This document shows, in pieces, positions 1 to 13,142 of a DNA stretch of 64,000 nt. Both the position numbers and the translations under genes were made by a program. How positions within the stretch are numbered: position 1 is the first letter of the stretch; each line of letters begins with the position of its first letter. A model generated the notes under the pieces. The model was not told where the DNA came from. It searched no databases and saw only the letters and a program-made list of their open reading frames with translations. This stretch comes from Octopus sinensis (Eukaryota): NCBI RefSeq assembly GCF_006345805.1, contig NC_043016.1:19344001-19408000 (forward strand), read 5' to 3'.

Positions 1-2030
1 CAGCTCTCGTGGGATGCCCCTCAGCGTCGCCAGTTTCCGCAGTAGTGGCTCAAGAGTCAATACATACAGCAGCGATGAGAGGGGGCATCCCTGACGAACC
101 GAACGCATGATGTTAAAAGGTCTGGATAGATGACCATTTACGCGAACTACTGAGCGGCGGATGCCGCTGTATAAGGCAGCGATCCAACCGCGGAAAACTG
201 GACCGAAACCAGCCGCTTTAAGGACAGCCTCCAAGTAGTGATGGTCTACCCTATCGAAAGCTTTTGATTGATCCAAATTGATCAGCGCCCCACCCATGCC
301 AGGATTCTTAACTACCCTGTCTATGATGTAGCGCATCAGATGGAGGTTGTCATGAATACTTCTACCCGGCACGGCGCATGTTTGCGCCTTGTCGATTAGT
401 TTCTTGATGACAAGCGCCAACCTCTCGGCTAACACCTTGGCCAAAATTTTCAAATCTGCGTTGAGCAGAGTGATGGGCCTGAAATTATCTATGACGTCCC
501 CCTTGTTGGGGTCTTTCTTAATCAGTGCCACTGCTCCTCGCTTTACAAAAGCAGGAATACTCCCGTTTTGCTGCCAGTTGCAGTAGACAGCTGCCAAGAC
601 GCCTCCAAACAAGTCTGGCATATGAAAATAAAGTTCGTAGGGCAGACCATCCAAGCCTGGTGACTTGTCTCTCGCGCAGCCTACCATCGCATCCTGTACG
701 TCCGCAGCTGTGATAGGCCTTTCACAAGACTCCACCTCTCTTGCTGAGAGTCGTGGCAAGGCATGCAGGTAGGCACTAAAGTCCACTCTGCGTTCTGACC
801 CACCACTTGTCCCAAACAGTTGGGTGAAGTGTTGTTGAAAAGCCCCACACATCCTTTTAGGCTCGAGCAATTCGCGCCCCTGTTCATCTATAAGAGACTT
901 GATGGTGGCTCTGTTGCCTCGTTGCGTCTCCACCACTCGGGCCTCTTGGGCGGCTCCAACTCCTTCGTTCCTCAGAGCACGCATCCTAGCTCTGACAACG
1001 CATCCCTCGTGTTTGGCGTTGAGGTGTTGGTCGAGGGCCAATCTCGCCGCCAGCACGTTGGACGCGATGCCAGTTCTAAGTGCCTCTTCTAAAACCTTAA
1101 CTAATTCTCCCTCTATTCTATTTCGGTCTAATGCTAGGGCTTTACTGTATCTGACTGATTCTGCTTTAATTGCTTTTTTTAGGGCATACCACCATCTGTT
1201 GTTGATGATGGTACCCGTCAAAGCTCTCTTAACTAATGTGCTGATCCGGTCCCTGTAAACCTGTCGTGCTGTAAAAGACGCGTTCAGTTTCCAGTAACCA
1301 GGACCCTGCCTATGTGTCTTATCTAAGTCAAGTGTACAAGTCACAAACTTGTGATCTGTGTAACTGACTATATGAAATTGTGGACAACCTACACTATTTT
1401 TATCTATTGTCCTACAGAATACTCTATCTAAGTATGATCTGGACGACCCGATGCGGTTACTCCATGTCCACATTGGCACATTCGGGTGGTCCAGTCGGTA
1501 CCTGTCAGACAGTTGGAAACGTCTGAGCAGGTCTTTGAGGCATTTGCATCCCCTTCTATTGCTATCTCTGCCCACGTAGTCTAGATGCGTGTCCAGGGTG
1601 GCATTCCAATCCCCCACTAAAAGTAAAGGACGAGACGTTCCCATGAAAGACTCTAGACGTCGAAAGAAATCTGGTCGGCCTGTTAAGGACGGAGCATAAA
1701 CTGCTATCAGTCGAAAAGCACACTCATTGCTGCCATCGACATCCAAAACGACCAGCCTACCCTCCGGGTCTAGGAAATTGCTCTTACTTTGAGATCCAGA
1801 CTCTTCCGGAGAAGCACCGCGGTGCCACCTCCGCCCATTCTCGGTAGACACAGAGAAAAATAAATGTTGAAATGTGTACCGAAACTGTGCTGGAGTGCCC
1901 GCAAGCTGTGGAGTCTAGTCTCACTGATGGCTATGATATTCAGATTTTATGACTTGATGTCATTTAACAGGTAGCCTTGTCTCCAAGGCGATCCCAAGCC
2001 ACGTACATTTATACTGCCTATTCTGAGCAT
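1..2030 (-). mobile_element. Tx1/L1-clade non-LTR retrotransposon ORF2 (APE endonuclease + reverse transcriptase N-half), disrupted, runs off the window edge
   Basis: Manual minus-strand translation from ATG at 2030 gives MLRIGSINVRGLGSPW...ISETRL, LLLVGDWNA, SYLDRVFC, TDHKFV and PGYWKLN (APE), then NFRPITLLNADLKILAKVLA, LDQSKAFDRVDH and VRQGCPLS (RT). In-frame stop near 1947 plus frameshifts. Confidence 0.92.
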
Positions 2031-2096
2031 GTTCCGATAAAATTGTGTTTTACACACGAAAAGAAAGTGCAAAAAAGGAAAGAGAGAGAGAAAAGG

Positions 2097-3890
2097 TTAC
2101 TTGTTGTTCGAAAGTCCTTTGTTTTTCACCTCACAGTCTTCTTCCATGAGGTTTTTGTATAGTTTCTTTGATGAATACTTTTGAAATCTCCCTACTGCAT
2201 CAGGGTAAAGAGATTTCAGGGTGCTGTATGTGTTCTGTGTTACGTGTATTATTTTAATGTGTTGTGGTGGTGTTGTGCGTGGGTGGTTACTTGTTTTTAT
2301 GTCGTTTTCAGTTATGTTGGTGTTTGACCTAATGTGTTCCATTAGGTCGTGGTTGTTTGTGTTTATGGCTGTCAACATTGTTGGGGGGGCTTGATGATAG
2401 TGTGTTTGTGTTGATGTGTTTGTTTTCTGTGGATGTTTTTGTTTCGGGAGTGGTGAATCTTCCTGCTTTGTTTGTTATCTTTTCTTTTCTTTTTTTCCCC
2501 TTTTTCTTCCCCCCTGTGGCTATTTGCCAATCTTCTGTGTCTTCTTCGTCTAATGACAAATCAGAAGAATCAGAGCTTGGAAGAGGAAAATATTGGGGTC
2601 TATTGTAGACTGTGTTGATTTTGTTGTTGGTGTTGGTTGGTGAGCGTTAGGTTGTGGTGTATGCGGTTTTGGAGGTGGGGTGTGGGTATTTTGTGTTTGA
2701 GTGATTGTAGGTATTGTTGTGGTTTGGGGTGTCAATTTTGTGGGATTTGGAGTAGTAATTGTTTCTTCATTTTCGATGAGTGTCTTTTTGGCAGATGTCC
2801 TTGGTTTGGGAGTTGGTTTATTCTTGGTTGTTGTTGTGGTGGTGTTGCTTCTGTTCTTGTGCAGTTGGTGTGGTTGTTTGGTTGGTGAGGTTTTTGTTTT
2901 TTGTTGATTTTCTGTGATTAGTCCTGTTCGTGCAAAACGTGGTGTGGGTAGTAAAGCTGGTTTATTTGTTTTTTCCGGCTGCTGTTGTTGTTGCTGTTGT
3001 TCTTGCGGCAGATTTGCAATCTTTTTTAGGTGTTGCTCACTGCCGCATATGTAGCAACGTGGTCTTCTGCCATCGACGACCACATACAACTTGTGGTCTT
3101 CTGATACACATATCTGGGTGGGTATTTTCTTTATGTCCTCTGGTTTATATGTAGTAGAAATTCTACTTTTTCCCACCCATTTTGTGCTCCGTGACCGTGG
3201 TTTCTAAAATTGTGAAATCTTCCATTTTCACACATAAGGCCTTACTAGCCATAGATTGTTAGCTATTTTTGGGACATTGTTTAAAGTGATCTTAGTCACT
3301 TTCTGTCCACGATAGCTTGGTGTTAGTTGAAGTTCATCTGAATGAAGAGTTAGCGTTGAGAAACGTCTTGCTAACTCTTCAGTGTGGAATACCACTTGTA
3401 TGTGTGCCAACTTGTTCCACCAGGTCACATACTCTTTGTAGTTCCAGATGGGTTTCAAGCATTTTTCGATTTTGCTTGTGTTAGCCTACTCTGGACTTTT
3501 TGTTTTCTTATTAATTATTTTATAAATAATTGTTCTTTTTTTTTCATCTTCTAATATTTCTTGTGGTATGTTTATTTTTACTATACCATCTACTTCCGTT
3601 ATTAAAATGTTCGTGTCTTTTATTTGTTGTGCAGTAAAATATACTGTTGTCTTTTTTTCTTTTATCGCCTCGGCGAAATTTGTTGTTGTTTTGTTATTGT
3701 TGTTGCTGGTGGTGATGTTGTTGTTGGCTGCAGTTGGTAAAATCGGTGTATTTGGTTTGATTGTGCAAGTAGGAAGGGGTGGAAAATTACTTGCATAGTT
3801 TATCCCTGTATTCAAGCAGCTTTTGTCAATTTGTTTGGTGGTCACAGTCTTTTGTTTATTCCCTTCAGTTCTTGTTCTTTGAGGAGACAA
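2097..3890 (-). mobile_element. ORF1 (gag-like, zinc knuckle) of the same Tx1-like element, broken by stops and frameshifts
   Basis: ORF pieces 3486-3890, 3228-3458, 2550-3176 and 2097-2378 are collinear and end about 66 bp before ORF2. They contain GRRPRCYICGSEQHLKK (CCHC knuckle-like) and Thr/Asn/Gln low-complexity tracts. Confidence 0.7.
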
Positions 3891-4504
3891 GGTCTGAACG
3901 GGATTGTTGTTGTTGTTATTGTTGTTTTTGTTGTTGGCGGTGGTGTCAGTGGCAGAAGAGACAGCCGTGGCAGCAGATGTCGAAATGGTGGCGCAAATGT
4001 TATTATTCTTGTTGTCATTGTTATTGTTGTTGTTGTTGGTAGTTGAGGTAGTGGATGAGGTGGCGGTGGTGGTGGTGGTGGAGGCGGTGGTGGTGGTAGC
4101 AGTAGTAGTCTCGTGGTTGTTGTTGTTAGTGGTGGTGTGGTGGTGACAGGGCTGTTACCGCACGTGGTTGCAGCGTTCATTCGACCGTCATTCATGTTTG
4201 CACTTTGCGTGCGTACGTTCTTTTTTTCTCCTAGCGTTTCCAAACTAGGAAAATGCTGGTCCATAAAGGAACGCGACCAGCGTTCTACAATAAAATTTCT
4301 CGACATTTTCTAATGTCGAGAAGAAAAATTACAGAAATGAAATGGGGTTGAAACTGCCCCTAGGGGCGAATTCCTCCCTTGGAAAAGCACTCAAACGAAA
4401 GTTGGGTGCCTTACACACCTTATTTACAAAAATGTACACAAAAATTGGGCTATAAATAGTCAAAATAAACGATTACCTTCGGACGAAGTGTGACAGCACG
4501 TCCG

Positions 4505-4703
4505 TAGATAGATAGAGAGAGAGAGAGAAGATAGATAATAGATAGATAGATAGATAGATAGACAGAACAGATAGACAGATAGAGTTAACAGACAGAAAGA
4601 CAGGCAGGAGACAGAAAGACAGACAGAAGACAGACAGACAGACAGACGACAGCAGACAGACAGAAGAAGACAGACAGACAGACAGACAGATAGATAGATA
4701 GAT

Positions 4704-4745
<42 letters not shown>

Positions 4746-4757
4746 CGATGATAGATA

Positions 4758-4793
<36 letters not shown>

Positions 4794-4795
4794 CT
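4505..4795. repeat. Compound (GATA)n/(GACA)n microsatellite
   Basis: Directly visible tetranucleotide runs. Confidence 0.97.
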
Positions 4796-5420
4796 TTCTA
4801 TATTAGCGCCAGGCCGAATACAGAGGAGACAATGCAATGTAGAGCATTTCATTTTCGAAAGAGAAAAAAATACGATCAAAAGGGATCGAAAGCGTTTGGG
4901 GCGTGTAAACAGCGAAATAACAATGTTCCGTTTATAACAGTGTTCCTGAAAGGGGGAGTAAAAATGTAATAGAGATGAGGTTTATCCGTGGAAAGAAAAG
5001 CCTACGAAAAAGACCACGGTAACCTCAGGCAGGGAAAGAAACACATGAGAGCAAAGAGGTTGGCCAGAGGTGAAAGTGTTTGTCTCTAAACCACGATTCC
5101 ACCTCACACATTCTTTCACCATAGACACCAGTAGAATGAAAACTGCCTTGCCTTCCTGGTTAAAAGAAGGTGGCGGGGCAATATCCACGATAGACTTAGC
5201 CCATAATCGAATTCGTCCTGCACATGATAGCAGCCGTTCGACATAAGCCCATAAGGTCTGAAATGGTTGGACACTGCACGAGTGCGTGCAGAACGGTTTC
5301 GTCGCTCTGACTGCATTTTGGGCAAGTCGGTCTGGTGTTTCTTGAAGCGGGCCTGTAGAGCTTATCCCGAACGGATAATGAAAAAAGGGGAGTCCATCCC
5401 CAAAGCAGAACCACACTCTA
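4796..5420 (-). mobile_element. 5'-truncated 3' end of a second Tx1/L1-clade LINE (C-terminal zinc-binding zf-RVT-like region + 3' UTR)
   Basis: VRDKLYR...TCPKCSQSDETVLHALVQCPTISDLWAYVERLLS (CxxC...H...C motif). The tail abuts the (TCTA)n array. Confidence 0.8.
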
Positions 5421-5469
5421 AAAAATTATGCTCTATGTTTGGTGCCGTGTATCATGTAGTGTTAAGCCA

Positions 5470-5745
5470 AAATAAAACTGTTAGTAAAGAAGTACTGTCG
5501 TCAATTGAAAGCATTGCACAAAAAAATTTACAAATGAAGCTCCCATCATTAATCAGTTATAAAGGAGTGTTGCTCTTATACAATTATGCAAGACCGCATA
5601 TTGCCCAAGTCACAAGAATATGAAAGTTATGTCTTATTCTCCTTAATCACCTGACTCTTTGCTCCATATGGCTATCGTCTTTCCAGATCATTGTAATATC
5701 ATTTAGAGGAAAAACAGATTCGCAATTGTGAAGAGTTTTAAAATA
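5470..5745 (+). mobile_element. Degenerate mariner transposase fragment
   Basis: GVLLLYNYARPHIAQVT...YSP*SPD.FAPYGYRLSRSL*YHLEEKQIRNCEE matches the mariner HDNARPH / YSPDLAPSDYHLFRSL motifs. Confidence 0.7.
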
Positions 5746-5749
5746 ATAA

Positions 5750-6105
5750 TGAGAATATATATATATATATATATGACCGTGATCACCGTGACCGACCAGG
5801 CTATCAGATGTTGCTACACATCGCTGGTCACAATGCGCTTCGCATTGTTTTAGCCTTCAAATGACGCCACCCCGCTGGCTAAGCGAGCAGGCCAACAGAA
5901 AAAAAAGGTGACAGAAAGTTGTGGCGAAAGAGTACAGCAGGGTTCACCACCACTCTTTTTTCTGTTGGCCTGCTCGCTTAGCCAGCGGTGGCGTCATTTG
6001 AAGGCTAAAACAATGCGAAGCGCATTGTGACCAGCGATGTGTAGCAACATCTGATAGCCTGGTCGGTCACGGTGATCACGGTCATATATATATATACATT
6101 CTCAT
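5750..6105. repeat. Fold-back inverted duplication of a SINE 3' end (arms about 5750-5905 and about 5955-6105)
   Basis: gaccgtgatcaccgtgaccgaccagg...gcaggccaacagaaaaaa is mirrored by its reverse complement. The spacer (agaaagttgtggcgaaagagtacagcaggg) matches the SINE at 15399-15699. Confidence 0.9.
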
Positions 6106-6123
6106 ATATATATATATATATAT

Positions 6124-6167
<44 letters not shown>

Positions 6168-6261
6168 TATAATATATATATGATAATAAATATTAGGGAA
6201 AAATCCAAATTTACAGGGAAAAAATCAATTTAGGATTAAATCCAATTTTATAGTAAAAATT

Positions 6262-6426
6262 TATAAAATATTATTAGAGACAAAACCACTATTTTGCAAA
6301 ACAAACAAGGAAAGACTTAATCAATACATAAAATTTTAATAAATAGTCAAAAAATTTTATGTATTGATTAAGTCTTTCCTTGTTTGTTTTGCAAAATAGT
6401 GGTTTTGTCTCTAATAATATTTTATA
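6262..6426. repeat. Perfect palindrome with 76-bp arms and a 13-bp spacer
   Basis: 6262-6337 is the exact reverse complement of 6351-6426. Confidence 0.92.
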
Positions 6427-6444
6427 TATATATTATATATATAT

Positions 6445-6788
6445 TATATATATATATATATTATTGTTCTGGGGAGATTCTCTTTTAGTGTCTTATTACT
6501 TAACACACTCACCGGCACAATTTCTACTCATCTTTTATTTTTCTAAAATTTTCGTTGCGACTTGAAACCTTTTCAATAGTTGTTGACTGACTGTTATCAG
6601 AACTGTGTTCTTTTTATTTGTTTGTTTGTTTGTAAGCATGTGTGTGCATCGGTGTGCATGTGTATGGGTTTGTGTGACAACGTACCTGCGTCTGTTATGT
6701 ATGAATGTGTGTGTATGCGTGTGCGTGTGCGTGTGTGTGCGTGTGCGTGCGTGCGTGCGTGTGTGTATGTGTGTGTGTGTGTGTGTGC

Positions 6789-6843
<55 letters not shown>

Positions 6844-8330
6844 TGTGGTCATGTGTTGCAGTCTTCATTTGTATATGTATGTGTGTGAAAACTGAAGCAC
6901 AAAATGTCTTGCATAGCTTAACTGTTCCGCTTACAGATTGTAGTTGTAATGTGCGAATCAGTTAGCTGATTTCTTTTTCTGAAAATCTAAGCTTATCCAG
7001 ACTGACAGCTAAGCATTTACTTACAAAACCAAGCTCTCCAATTGTTATTGGTATAAATGTAAATTTGTAATCCGGATGTAGAAACTGGAGGCCTCGAATC
7101 AGTTGTCCATAGTTATCTTCTTTCTCTTTGCTTTTCTAACAGATATTCACATCAGTAGGACAACTGGCTTCTATGACGGTACATACTTTTCTTGTCTGTC
7201 CGCCCTGTTATACTTACACTAGACAGATCTTTGAAGGAAATGTTCCACCAGTATTCCTTGTGCTGGTATTTGTGTGCATATTCAATAACAGGGCGATTCT
7301 CATATTTATTCCAGGGTAGTCATTTTTTCCGGATGGCATTGTATATTGTTTTTGCGACAACGTCATGTCGCATAAGGAGGTAGTGCCTTGATGACATGTT
7401 TGGGCTGCTTGCTGCTAATCACACGTGTGATATCTTCCACAGAAATATGACACAATCTATATTTTTCGGTTGTATCTTGGAACTCCAAAGACTTCACTGT
7501 CTCTTTTCTTGAGTTGATATTTAGTAGCAATCTCCTATTCTTGGATTGCAAATACATAGCCTTCAAATTGATGCATCGGTTATGAATCCAAGAGAGGCTT
7601 CGTTTCATGCCAATGTTACTATCTTCAAGTCTTTGAGAAATACACCTGTGCATGTATTTTGTATTTGTTTTTGGCGGGGGTGGGGGGAGCTATGTTGAGC
7701 ATTTCCCCTCCAGGTCTTCTTTGAGGTATGCTAGTCCGGCTGATTTGGGGTTGTATGGGAGGTCATCAGGAAGAGAGTACTTTATGAGGAGCTCACTTCC
7801 AACACGTAGGGTATTGTTTTCTTTACTTTTCAGTACTAAGTCTATGTAATTATTTTTGTTGCTGTTGTTTAGCAAGTGCTGTCAGCGAGAGACTGTATGA
7901 CATTCGGAGGCTGTCTGCACTGATCACAGGCCTCTACCTCCTTTATCTATTCTTAGGTACAGCCTGTCGATTTCACTGCTTTTTGTGGAGACTTCAGCTG
8001 ATGTTAGAATCTTACGGGTTTTAATGTCCGTGGAGTGGATTTCATCTACAGACCAGTCAAGTACCCCAAATGTTGGAAACATTATTGGTACTGCAAATGC
8101 ATTGTGGGATATTACGTTGTTGTAAGAGGAGAGAGTTCCATATTTTTCTAAAACTGGGATAATATTCTTGGATCACTCTATCATTATTCACAACACCTTC
8201 GTACGATAAATATTTATGTCAAGGTACTTGTAGCAATCTTTGCGTGGGACAAGAGAGATAGTGAGACCATTGATGCAAAGGTTTTGTGTCTGGGGAACTG
8301 ATTTTCCTCGTCAACAATATGTATGTATGT
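6445..8330 (-). mobile_element. R4/Dong-like LINE 3' portion (RT thumb, CCHC, restriction-like endonuclease, 3' UTR containing a (CA)n tract), degenerate
   Basis: FAVPIMFPTFGVLDWSVDEI...DRLYLRIDKGGRGL, KYRLCHISVEDITRVISS, VIEASCPTDVNI...KEKEDNYGQLIRGLQFLHPDYKFTFIPITIGELG. The 3' UTR (6445-6620) recurs at 11975-12140. Confidence 0.8.
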
Positions 8331-10809
8331 GTGTTTTTTCTGTTCAATATTTTAACCATTTATTTTAGACATCTATTTACTTTGGTTAAAATATTGAACA
8401 AGAATTAAATTATGTTAACTGAAAATTTCAAGAAATAAAATGCTATACATTGTACCTGCAAAAGGTCTTGTAAAAATATTACATTGTACCACGAACGTGT
8501 ACCAGACTTTCTGGATTGTCTATGATATCTACTGAACATGAACTTAGCCCTCGGCTTAATTATTCTGAACTGATCGATGATTTCACGAAGTGAGAAGTGT
8601 GCCGCGTTTGTCTTTGAAAGTTGCTTGGATTATAAAAGTGCTCTTTTATTCATATCTGGAAGTTTTACTTATTGAAATTTGTAATAGACCTAAATAAATT
8701 TAACTTGTACATTTAAAGATGTTCTTTAGGATAACATGAAATGTTGAACTTCAGATAGAATAAAGTAAAACATAGCTATGAATAAAAGGTGCGTAGATTA
8801 TGAATTTTGATTGAAGGGATGGAGCCTCGAAACAAAAAGTTGCAGGGTCCTCTAAAAGTCACACGACGGAGCTGTTTGACCGTGAACTTTTGTCATGCTG
8901 TTCTAGTGAGTGGATGCAAACCACCTGCCTGCTACCATCTCTTTCAGTTTTGAAAACATAAACGTTTGTAAGTGGCGGTAATTACTCCAATTGCCAGTCG
9001 ATATCACATCGATACCATATACATGTCATGAGCATCACAAGTCAGATCGACTACTTTCAATGTTTACTTAAAGGGTCTCACAGTCTCTGCAATGAAAGAA
9101 CGAATACCGATACACAAAGAGGAAAGAGATGGAAAGAAAAAGAGAGAAAGAAATGGGAGAATGATGACAGAAACGATAAAATAAAACAGGTAAAGTTATT
9201 TTGCTTTTTGGTGAATTTTAATTTTGTTTTGATATCTTTTTTAATGTTGTCACTCTCTAAATGTAGCAGATGGTATGTAGGTTGAACGGATTAAATCTGT
9301 TGAAATTGTTTGATACGTTTATAATGTATCAGCCTTGCCTTTCGGATACTCTTAGCAGAACATTCGTTTCCATATCCAACTAAATTCTTTAGTGTTACAT
9401 AATGGTCGCGCCAAAATGAAGAGAGGAGGTATCAACGGAATTTGTTGATGTTAGCTTCAAAAATACACCTGGGAATTTCTTCATCCAACATAACACTACC
9501 ATTTGTGTGTAATAAATATTTAAACGAAGTAAAATAGGGGAATTTTAAAGCAGCATAATACACCATCTGTACTAAAAGAGCAAGTTTTTCAGACATTCTT
9601 TTGATCGTAGACGCTTTAACAATTCCGTTTCTTTTAAGACTATGGATAGGACATGTACTTTTATTGAAGAAGCAGAGTAAAGATCAGATATTATTTTCTG
9701 TGATTTCTTGTAACAGTACCAAAAGAACATCTACAATATAGAGAGCTTAATACTTACCAAGCTTTTAGTTTTCCCGTACTTTCTAGTTGTAGTAATAACT
9801 GTTATTGTCGTTATTGTTGTTCTATCAGTACTGGAGAGCCGAATTATGATGAAAGGGAGTTCCAGCCGTGACCATTCCGTCTTTTATCCAAACATATCTA
9901 GAGAATACATGATGTAATGTCTCCTATGATAGGGGAGGTATCCGCTAGTGTTTCTAATTAGTAGGTCACTTAAACGCCCCATCGTTGACTTTACGTGTAG
10001 TAGTTTATCATATAAGATGCATTATGACAATATGGACATTTTCCAATATTTTTTCCTATTCAGCCTCTTGCTGTGTATATATCTAAGCTCTAGTGTTACT
10101 TTCCTCACAGCTTAATTATTTCTGGCTAACTTTTTAATGCTCCCTATATTAAATATGTTAAATTAACCACTGTTTTTCAGTTCTCTAAACAGTTATTTTC
10201 CCATGTTAATCAATCTTCGACCTTATCTATTTACTTAAGGATGTTTCCGTTAACACTATTGTGAGTACTGCAACGTTAGACATTCGCTGATGAAGCCATA
10301 ACAAGACCAAAACGTGTCCTGAGGTGGTTCCCGTAATTGCTTCTCTTTTTCATCAAAACAATATTAGTCAATGACTTCATAGATTTCTAACATTGAATGT
10401 TCCCTACATTATCACTCACTTAACAATTATTCTGCATTTCGAATTGGTTTAATTATTGCTTCCTCTCAAATCAAGTATTTATTGACCTTTAAATATGTTA
10501 GTGCTTACTTTACTAATTATTTTCTATGTAGATGGCCTCCCCGAGCTACTCACTTCTCCCATTGTGTTATGTTGTCACTCCTACTTTTGTGTATTAATAT
10601 GCTTGCACGCTTTCTAGTACAGACTTGACAGTCACGATCACAACTATGCTTCACTGAAGAGGTCCAAAAACACTGAGACATGACCAGAAATGTCACCGCC
10701 ATTCGCAGAAAATCAAATAATTCTCCCCACCGCATGATTGGTTCGAATTCTAATTTGTGATTTTGCTGATGTGCGTCCATGTAAATTTTTTTTTTTTTTG
10801 AAATTTAGA

Positions 10810-11207
10810 GATGCAGGAGTGGCTGTGTGGTAAGTAGCTTGCTAACAGCCACATGGTTCCGGGTTCAGTCCCACTGCGTGGCATCTTGGGCAAGTGTCTT
10901 CTGCTATAGCCCCGGGCCGACCAATGCCTTGTGAGTGGATTGGTAGACGGAAACTGAAAGAAGCCTATCGTATATATGTATATATATATGTATGTTTGTG
11001 TGTCTGTGTTTTTCCCCCTAGCATTGCTTGACAATCGATGCTAGTGTGTTTACGTCCCCGTCACCTAGCGGTTCGGCAAAAGAGACCGATATAATAAGTA
11101 CTGGGCTTATAAAGAATAAGTCCCGGGGTCGATTTGCTCGACTAAAGGCGGTGCTTCAGCATGGCCGCAGTCAAATGACTGAAACAAGTAAAAGAGAGTA
11201 AAGAGTA
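10810..11207 (+). mobile_element. tRNA-derived SINE family A, full length
   Basis: A box TGGCTGTGTGG, B box GGTTCAGTCCC, central (TA)/(TG) tract, tail ggcggtgctccagcatggccgcagtcaaatgactgaaacaagtaaaaga. At least 12 related copies in the window. Resembles the published octopus OK/OR1/OR2-type SINEs; subfamily not assigned. Confidence 0.9.
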
Positions 11208-11974
11208 TGCCTTTCTGGCATTTATCCAGTATTTATCTCCCCTCAACGCCGGAGTAGTATTTATTAATTAATGTTTTCTTACTAGCCGTATCAACTCTAT
11301 GGTCAGCAAGAATACTTTACAATTCATTTATGTGGTTCTTATAGACAATGAAATTTGAAAATATCTATTTAAAAATTATTAGTTAGAAATAATTAACCCA
11401 CATATAATATTAATTATATTCTGAATAATTAGCAATTTTTGTTTTTTAGCTGCTAATCATTCCGACTGAACAGACCTACAATCGAAGGCGTTCAGGCTAT
11501 AACCAACATATATTTTTGCATTCTTTATTATTTATAAAGGCGGTTAGGCTAGATTTGAGGGTTACTTAGCTGATATTTCTACCAAGGCGAGTACCATGAA
11601 CGATTTTTTTTGTATGAAGTACACATGATAATGTTATAATAACGGATGCAATATAACTGAAATAAATTACTATTGAAACCAGGTAAAATTAATCCTTACC
11701 TCCATCTATGAAAGAAATGCACTGGGTATTATTATAAGAGTGAAATAACCGTAAGAGAGAGAATTTCTATTTAGAGACAAAATTTCAAACATCAAATGAC
11801 ATATATATCTATACACCAAATGGACCAGCATCTGGACAAAGGAACATACAGGAGTGGTCATGTGCAACACTCCAAACTGGGGAAATCAAAAAGACCACGG
11901 TGGTACTCCAGTATGACCGCAGCCGCAGGGATGAAACGAGTAAAAGAGTAAAAGAAAATATATGAATTTTTATT

Positions 11975-12570
11975 GTCTGGTGCGAGTCATTCTCTTTTAG
12001 TGTCTTATTACTTAATACACCCACCGGTTCGCTTTCCACTCATTTATTTATTCTTTCTAAAATTTTCGCTGCGACTTGAAACCTTTTCAATAGTCGTTGA
12101 CTCTGACTCTTATCAAAACTGCGTTCTTTTTGTTTGTTTGTGTTTTTGTTTGTTTGTACGCATGTGTGTGCGTCAGTGTGCTTGTGTATACACATATGTA
12201 TGTATATGTGCATGTATGTATGTGTGTGTATGCATGTATGTGTCTGTTTGTGAATGCATATTATATGTATATATATTATATATATTATATATATATATGA
12301 GTGTGTACGTTTGTATGTATGTATTCTGCATATTCATGTGTTTGTGTGTCTATATGTATGTGCGTACTTGTGCGTGTACTTCTGTCTCCTTGTGTGTGTG
12401 TGTGTGTGAAGTGTGCGTGTGTGTATATGGTAATGTGTTTCAGCCTTCATTTGTGTATGTATATGTGTGTGTACTTGTCTGTTCGTATTACTTATGTACC
12501 TATCTATCTGTTTACTTACATATGCATTTACCTACATGTATGTCTGTGTGTGTGTACATAACAGCCTGCT
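11975..12570 (-). mobile_element. Isolated 3' UTR copy of the R4/Dong-like LINE with a (TG/TA) microsatellite
   Basis: 11975-12140 aligns by eye to 6445-6620. Confidence 0.65.
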
Positions 12571-12902
12571 AACAACTCTAGGTGTATATATATAGACTGT
12601 GGGTATTGGGATATGACTATCTTCTACGTATCTCTCTGAGTATTAACCCTTCCGGTGGTTGGATAAATGTAGATGTTGACCCAGTCTGGCTCCATCTTGG
12701 TGTTTGGCATGTTGGTAGAGTATGGAGGGCTGTTTTTGTTGATTTTTGTCGTCATATTGTCAAAAACGAAATATATATATATATATCCAGTAAATATATA
12801 AATATACACACATATATATGTTTATACATGCATATATATATATATACATATACATATTCATATACATATATATATATATAATATATATATATTATATATA
12901 TA

Positions 12903-12935
<33 letters not shown>

Positions 12936-12938
<3 letters not shown>

Positions 12939-13101
12939 CGCAGGAGTGGCTGTGTGGTAAGTAGCTTGCTAACCAACCACATGGTTCCGGGTTCAGTCCC
13001 ACTGCGTGGCATCTTGGGCAAGTGTCTTCTGCTATAGCCCTGGGCCGGCCAATGCCTTGTGAGTGGATTTGGTAGACGGAAACTGAAAGAAGCCTGTCGT
13101 A

Positions 13102-13142
<41 letters not shown>

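Noticed and set aside
10550-10780. 76-aa minus-strand ORF in unique sequence
   Set aside because: Short, no recognisable motif, no clear splice signals.
10810-10890. tRNA-like A/B boxes at SINE heads
   Set aside because: Not tRNA genes: no complete cloverleaf, and each continues into a multicopy SINE body.
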